Positions 62,612-64,000 of a stretch of 64,000 bases of DNA are shown piece by piece. Each line of letters begins with the position of its first letter. Within the stretch, counting starts at the first letter, position 1. The notes under the pieces were generated by a model. It ran no database searches, was not told the origin of the DNA, and saw only the letters and a list, made by a program, of their open reading frames with translations. Source of the DNA: Podarcis liolepis. Taxonomy: Eukaryota. A program made the translations under genes and the position numbers. The stretch lies in NCBI GenBank assembly GCA_965112155.1, contig OZ218098.1, one strand, 5' to 3'.

Positions 62612-64000
62612 GTGAGTATTGTCATCTGAATTTGGATTTCTTTACTGAAATGAAATAGTTTTCAACCAAAATTCAAGATGAGGTGTTAAAAGGTGGATCT
62701 TTGGGCTGAGGTGAATCATTCTGGTCTGTTACATTGGTGGTTTGAAACACATTACTTGACAAATCAAAGCTGATCCCCAGTGGCATGTGTTCCAGCATCA
62801 TTCGGGAATAACTTTTAAAACAAACAAGCTGCCTAGGAAGAAAGTGCATAATGCACTGAGGTTATCTGTAAGCAAGGTCTGTTGCGAGAATCAGCAGGGA
62901 TTGCAGTGGCCAGGTGTGAATCGGATGTATAGCTCACTTCAATTTTTAGTTTATTTCTCTTCCCACCTTTTCCCTCCAATGGGCAGCAGTGCCATATCAA
63001 TTCTCAATTCAGCTGTCCCCAAATCTGATGATATACCTGTGTTTTTATTGTATACTAACTTAACATCCTTAAGATTCTCTGCTTTGCAAATTGAGAATCA
63101 TAGCAATAGACATTATATTAATGCCTGTTCATTTTATTAAAGCATGCTTGAGATCACAAGCAATTGTACTCAACCTGTTTTTGGCAGATGCACAGACTTC
63201 TTTTGAGCATCAAACCCTGTTCTGCCAATTCACCCACCTTTCCCTAGACTAGAGCATTTTTAAAAGTTTGCAGTAACTGCTTTTTATTTCTTAGCTATTT
63301 ATTCTTTGATAATTTTGTAATGTTACAAGTTAAACAAAGCAAAACAGTTGAAGTTGAACGCACAAAACAAAAGAAGTTTGCATTGTCAATTAAGAACTAC
63401 AGAATCAATATAGCATCTGATACATTAGTGGCATTTACCAGATGAAAAGAGATAGAATATCAGTATTACATACTGATAAGATCATGCCAGAACAATTTAT
63501 GTTGTGTTGAATAATGTTGTGTTGAGTACTGAGAGATCATTATTACCATAAGAAATGAAATGAAACTATTGAGCTACAAGAATTACTTATGACTACACAA
63601 ATCTGTTGCATCAATTCTTTCATTAAATATAATCTTCACATTCCATTATCAATTTTCTATATGACAAAACATTTTCTCTCTCTTCAGTTGAAGTTCTTTC
63701 TTTTGACTTGTAGCACATATAGAAACAAGGTGATAAGGAACTGAGAAACATATTTAACAGGATTGGTTTGGTTTTAATGGCTGACAGATTAGTTTATTTA
63801 TTTCCAGAATGTCCGTATGGTGATGCATGTGATAAAGGGACCCTGAGAAATTTTGTGGATGTTTCCCTATTAAAATGAAGCAATGCATGAGTTCGATTCC
63901 AAATTACTGGGTTTTCTTCTTTAGTGGTTACTGAACAAATGTTTAATTAAGGAACTTGCAAGATATCTGAAAAACAACATAAAAGGTGACCAATTTGTCT

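Noticed and set aside
1-64000. Prokaryotic-type systems (CRISPR arrays, operons, defence islands)
   Set aside because: This is a spliced vertebrate locus; its repeats are dispersed transposons or microsatellites with no repeat-spacer structure.

Overview
Vertebrate genomic DNA, most likely a lacertid-type lizard (Sauria SINE, squamate-type L2/CR1/L1, hAT, Tc1-mariner and Penelope remnants). The window holds the 5' part of one + strand multi-exon gene, ABCA12, the epidermal lipid (glucosylceramide) ABC transporter. I reconstructed 22 coding exons from the ATG at 2464 to 62611 (6883 nt, about 2294 codons) with consistent splice phases. This covers TM1 and most of the first extracellular/lumenal domain; the gene continues past the window. 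Twenty-one exons match human exons 1-21 as I recall them. The main surprise is an extra 4023-nt, stop-free, phase 2-2 exon (37020-41042) between the equivalents of human exons 9 and 10. It encodes 1341 aa built from two ancient tandem copies of a roughly 600-630 aa module, each with the same C-x27-C-x52-C-x46-C signature. The introns hold transposon fossils, several nested or carrying cargo, plus a few candidate regulatory motifs. All comparisons to human come from memory; no database search was run.
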